Assembly: GCA_963851005.1 (NCBI GenBank)
Contig: CAWKNI010000007.1
Span: forward strand, 1,566,904-1,630,903
Length of the DNA: 64,000 nt
DNA from: an uncultured delta proteobacterium
GTDB taxonomy: Bacteria; Desulfobacterota; Syntrophia; Syntrophales; Smithellaceae
Direction of reading: 5' to 3'
The position numbers and the translations under genes are program-made. Shown one piece after another: positions 62,723 to 64,000 of the stretch; position 1 is the stretch's first letter, and each line of letters starts with the position of its first letter. Under the pieces are notes generated by a model. It was not told the DNA's origin. It did no database searches and saw only the letters and a program-made list of their open reading frames with translations.

Positions 62723-63865
62723 CTAACGCGACAAAAGAACTTTACCCAGCGTCATGATCTCCGCTTCCTTGGTTCCCTCGTAGAGTTCGAGGATTTTGGC
62801 ATCACGATAATATTTTTGCACTTTATACTCTTCGATGTATCCGTACCCTCCGTGAAGCTCCACTGCAAGATTGGCGCAGAAAACCGCTGTTTGCCCAGCA
62901 AGGTATTTCGCCATTGCCGAGAGATGATAATCCGGATGGCCGGAATCAAGCAGCCAGGCGGCCTTATATGTAATATTCCGCAGGGCCTCTATCTTTATCC
63001 ACATCTCGGCAAGCTTTTGCGATGTAATCTGGAATGAACCCAGCGGCTTTCCGAAAGCAGTCCTCTCCTTACAATATTTTACTGACTCGTCCAGACATGC
63101 CTGGGAAAGTCCCAACCCCTGTCCCGCCACCATCACCCGCGTGGTGTCAAAAAAGTGCATGAGTTGGTGGAATCCGGCTCCTCTTTTCCCGATCAGGTTT
63201 TCCTTGGGAACCCTCACCTCATCAAACGCTATTTCTGCTGTGTCGCTGGCCCGAATCCCCAACTTACCTCTGATCTTTGTTTTCGTGATACCCGGCGCAT
63301 CGGCAGGCACGATAAATTGGCTGAAACTTTTGTGAACCCTTTCTTCCGGATCGGTAATAGCCTGTACCACCATCCAGTCACAAATCGTGCCGTTGGTGAT
63401 GAACATTTTATTGCCGGTGATCATATAGTCATTACCATCCTGAACAGCCCGTGTTTTGTAACCTGCCACATCAGTTCCCGCGTTCGGCTCCGTATAGGCG
63501 CCTGCAAATACCGCGTCGCCCGCGCAAACAGGGGGAAGGTATTTCTCTTTTTGTTCTTTTGTTCCATAGTAGTGAATGTTCTCCGCTCCAAATGTGGCCG
63601 CAATGATATTCAGGCCTATGCCCATGCATACCCGGGAAACTTGTTCCGTTATGATGGTGTTGCCTAAGAAACCAGCGCCGCTTCCTCCAAATTCCTCGGG
63701 TATCCAGCACCCGATTAAACCATTGGCTCCGGCTTTCTTGCGGATATCAGGTGTATACTTTTCTTCTTCGTCCGCCTTCTGGGCCACAGGTTCCACTTCC
63801 TGAACAGCAAACTTGTATGCCATGTCGGCAAGCATTTTCATTTCGTTCGATAATTCAAAATCCAT
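62723..63865 (-). CDS. acyl-CoA dehydrogenase
   Basis: YTEPNAGTDVAG, FITNG, ARLLVYKAAW-like TYKAAWLLD, GGYGY and YEGTKEAEIM-type C-terminus. Confidence 0.9.
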   Translation of the reverse strand: MDFELSNEMKMLADMAYKFAVQEVEPVAQKADEEEKYTPDIRKKAGANGLIGCWIPEEFGGSGAGFLGNTIITEQVSRVCMGIGLNIIAATFGAENIHYYGTKEQKEKYLPPVCAGDAVFAGAYTEPNAGTDVAGYKTRAVQDGNDYMITGNKMFITNGTICDWMVVQAITDPEERVHKSFSQFIVPADAPGITKTKIRGKLGIRASDTAEIAFDEVRVPKENLIGKRGAGFHQLMHFFDTTRVMVAGQGLGLSQACLDESVKYCKERTAFGKPLGSFQITSQKLAEMWIKIEALRNITYKAAWLLDSGHPDYHLSAMAKYLAGQTAVFCANLAVELHGGYGYIEEYKVQKYYRDAKILELYEGTKEAEIMTLGKVLLSR

Positions 63866-63893
63866 TTTCTATCTCCTTCCAATATTTGTAATT

Positions 63894-64000
63894 ATTATAC
63901 CATTTCTAAATCAAAGATGATATCGCGACGGTAAGGAGGAGGCGACGAGGCGTATTATATATACATACGTTGAGGAAGCCGACGACGAAGCCAACAAAGA
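63894..64000. mobile_element. MITE-like element, copy 8 (truncated by the window edge)
   Basis: TATTATACCATTTCTAAATCAAAGATGATATCGCGACGGTAAGGAGGAGGCGACGAGGCGTATTATATATACATACGTTGAGGAAGCCGACGACGAAGCCAACAAAGA. It begins 29 nt upstream of the acyl-CoA dehydrogenase start. Confidence 0.8.

Overview
The window is a chromosomal segment from a Gram-negative anaerobe. The anaerobic call rests on gene content: iron-sulfur flavoprotein, four-subunit 2-oxoacid:ferredoxin oxidoreductase, split methylmalonyl-CoA mutase with MeaB and ATP:cob(I)alamin adenosyltransferase, and a B12-radical SAM protein. The envelope call rests on Lnt, OmpA, a YadA-type trimeric autotransporter and an outer-membrane barrel. I cannot assign a taxon from the sequence alone.

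Most of the window is housekeeping and metabolic genes:
- purL (partial), enoyl-CoA hydratase, an MFS transporter and the mcm operon.
- A glycerophosphodiesterase followed by an acyltransferase-lipase fusion.
- lnt, mdh, hflX, a por/vor-type oxidoreductase, an acyl-CoA ligase and an acyl-CoA dehydrogenase.
- trpEGDCFB.

The less ordinary content is:
1. A roughly 130-bp element with palindromic ends, present in 8 copies. Two diverged copies carry compensatory changes in their terminal stems, and two copies carry the same 73-bp nested insert.
2. A second, mosaic family of short palindromic units (cores GGGATAATTCG and GAGTCTCATTA). They fill many intergenic gaps, and one module type shows stem covariation.
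3. A 129-nt GC-rich, strongly palindromic segment sitting in frame inside a metallophosphoesterase-nucleotidyltransferase fusion ORF.
4. A 25-codon trp leader peptide with four consecutive Trp codons, followed by an intrinsic terminator upstream of trpE.
5. A small AT-rich accessory island (22.3-25.2 kb) holding two unassignable genes and an IS4-family element, with a 9-bp target-site duplication (TSD), inserted into the 3' remnant of an IS3-family transposase gene.
6. A frameshifted MoaE-like gene, a Fur-family remnant, and a barnase/barstar pair next to Sel1 and ankyrin repeat genes.

I found no rRNA gene, complete tRNA gene, CRISPR array or cas gene. All calls come from reading the sequence and the ORF track. 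No database search, folding or GC computation was run.
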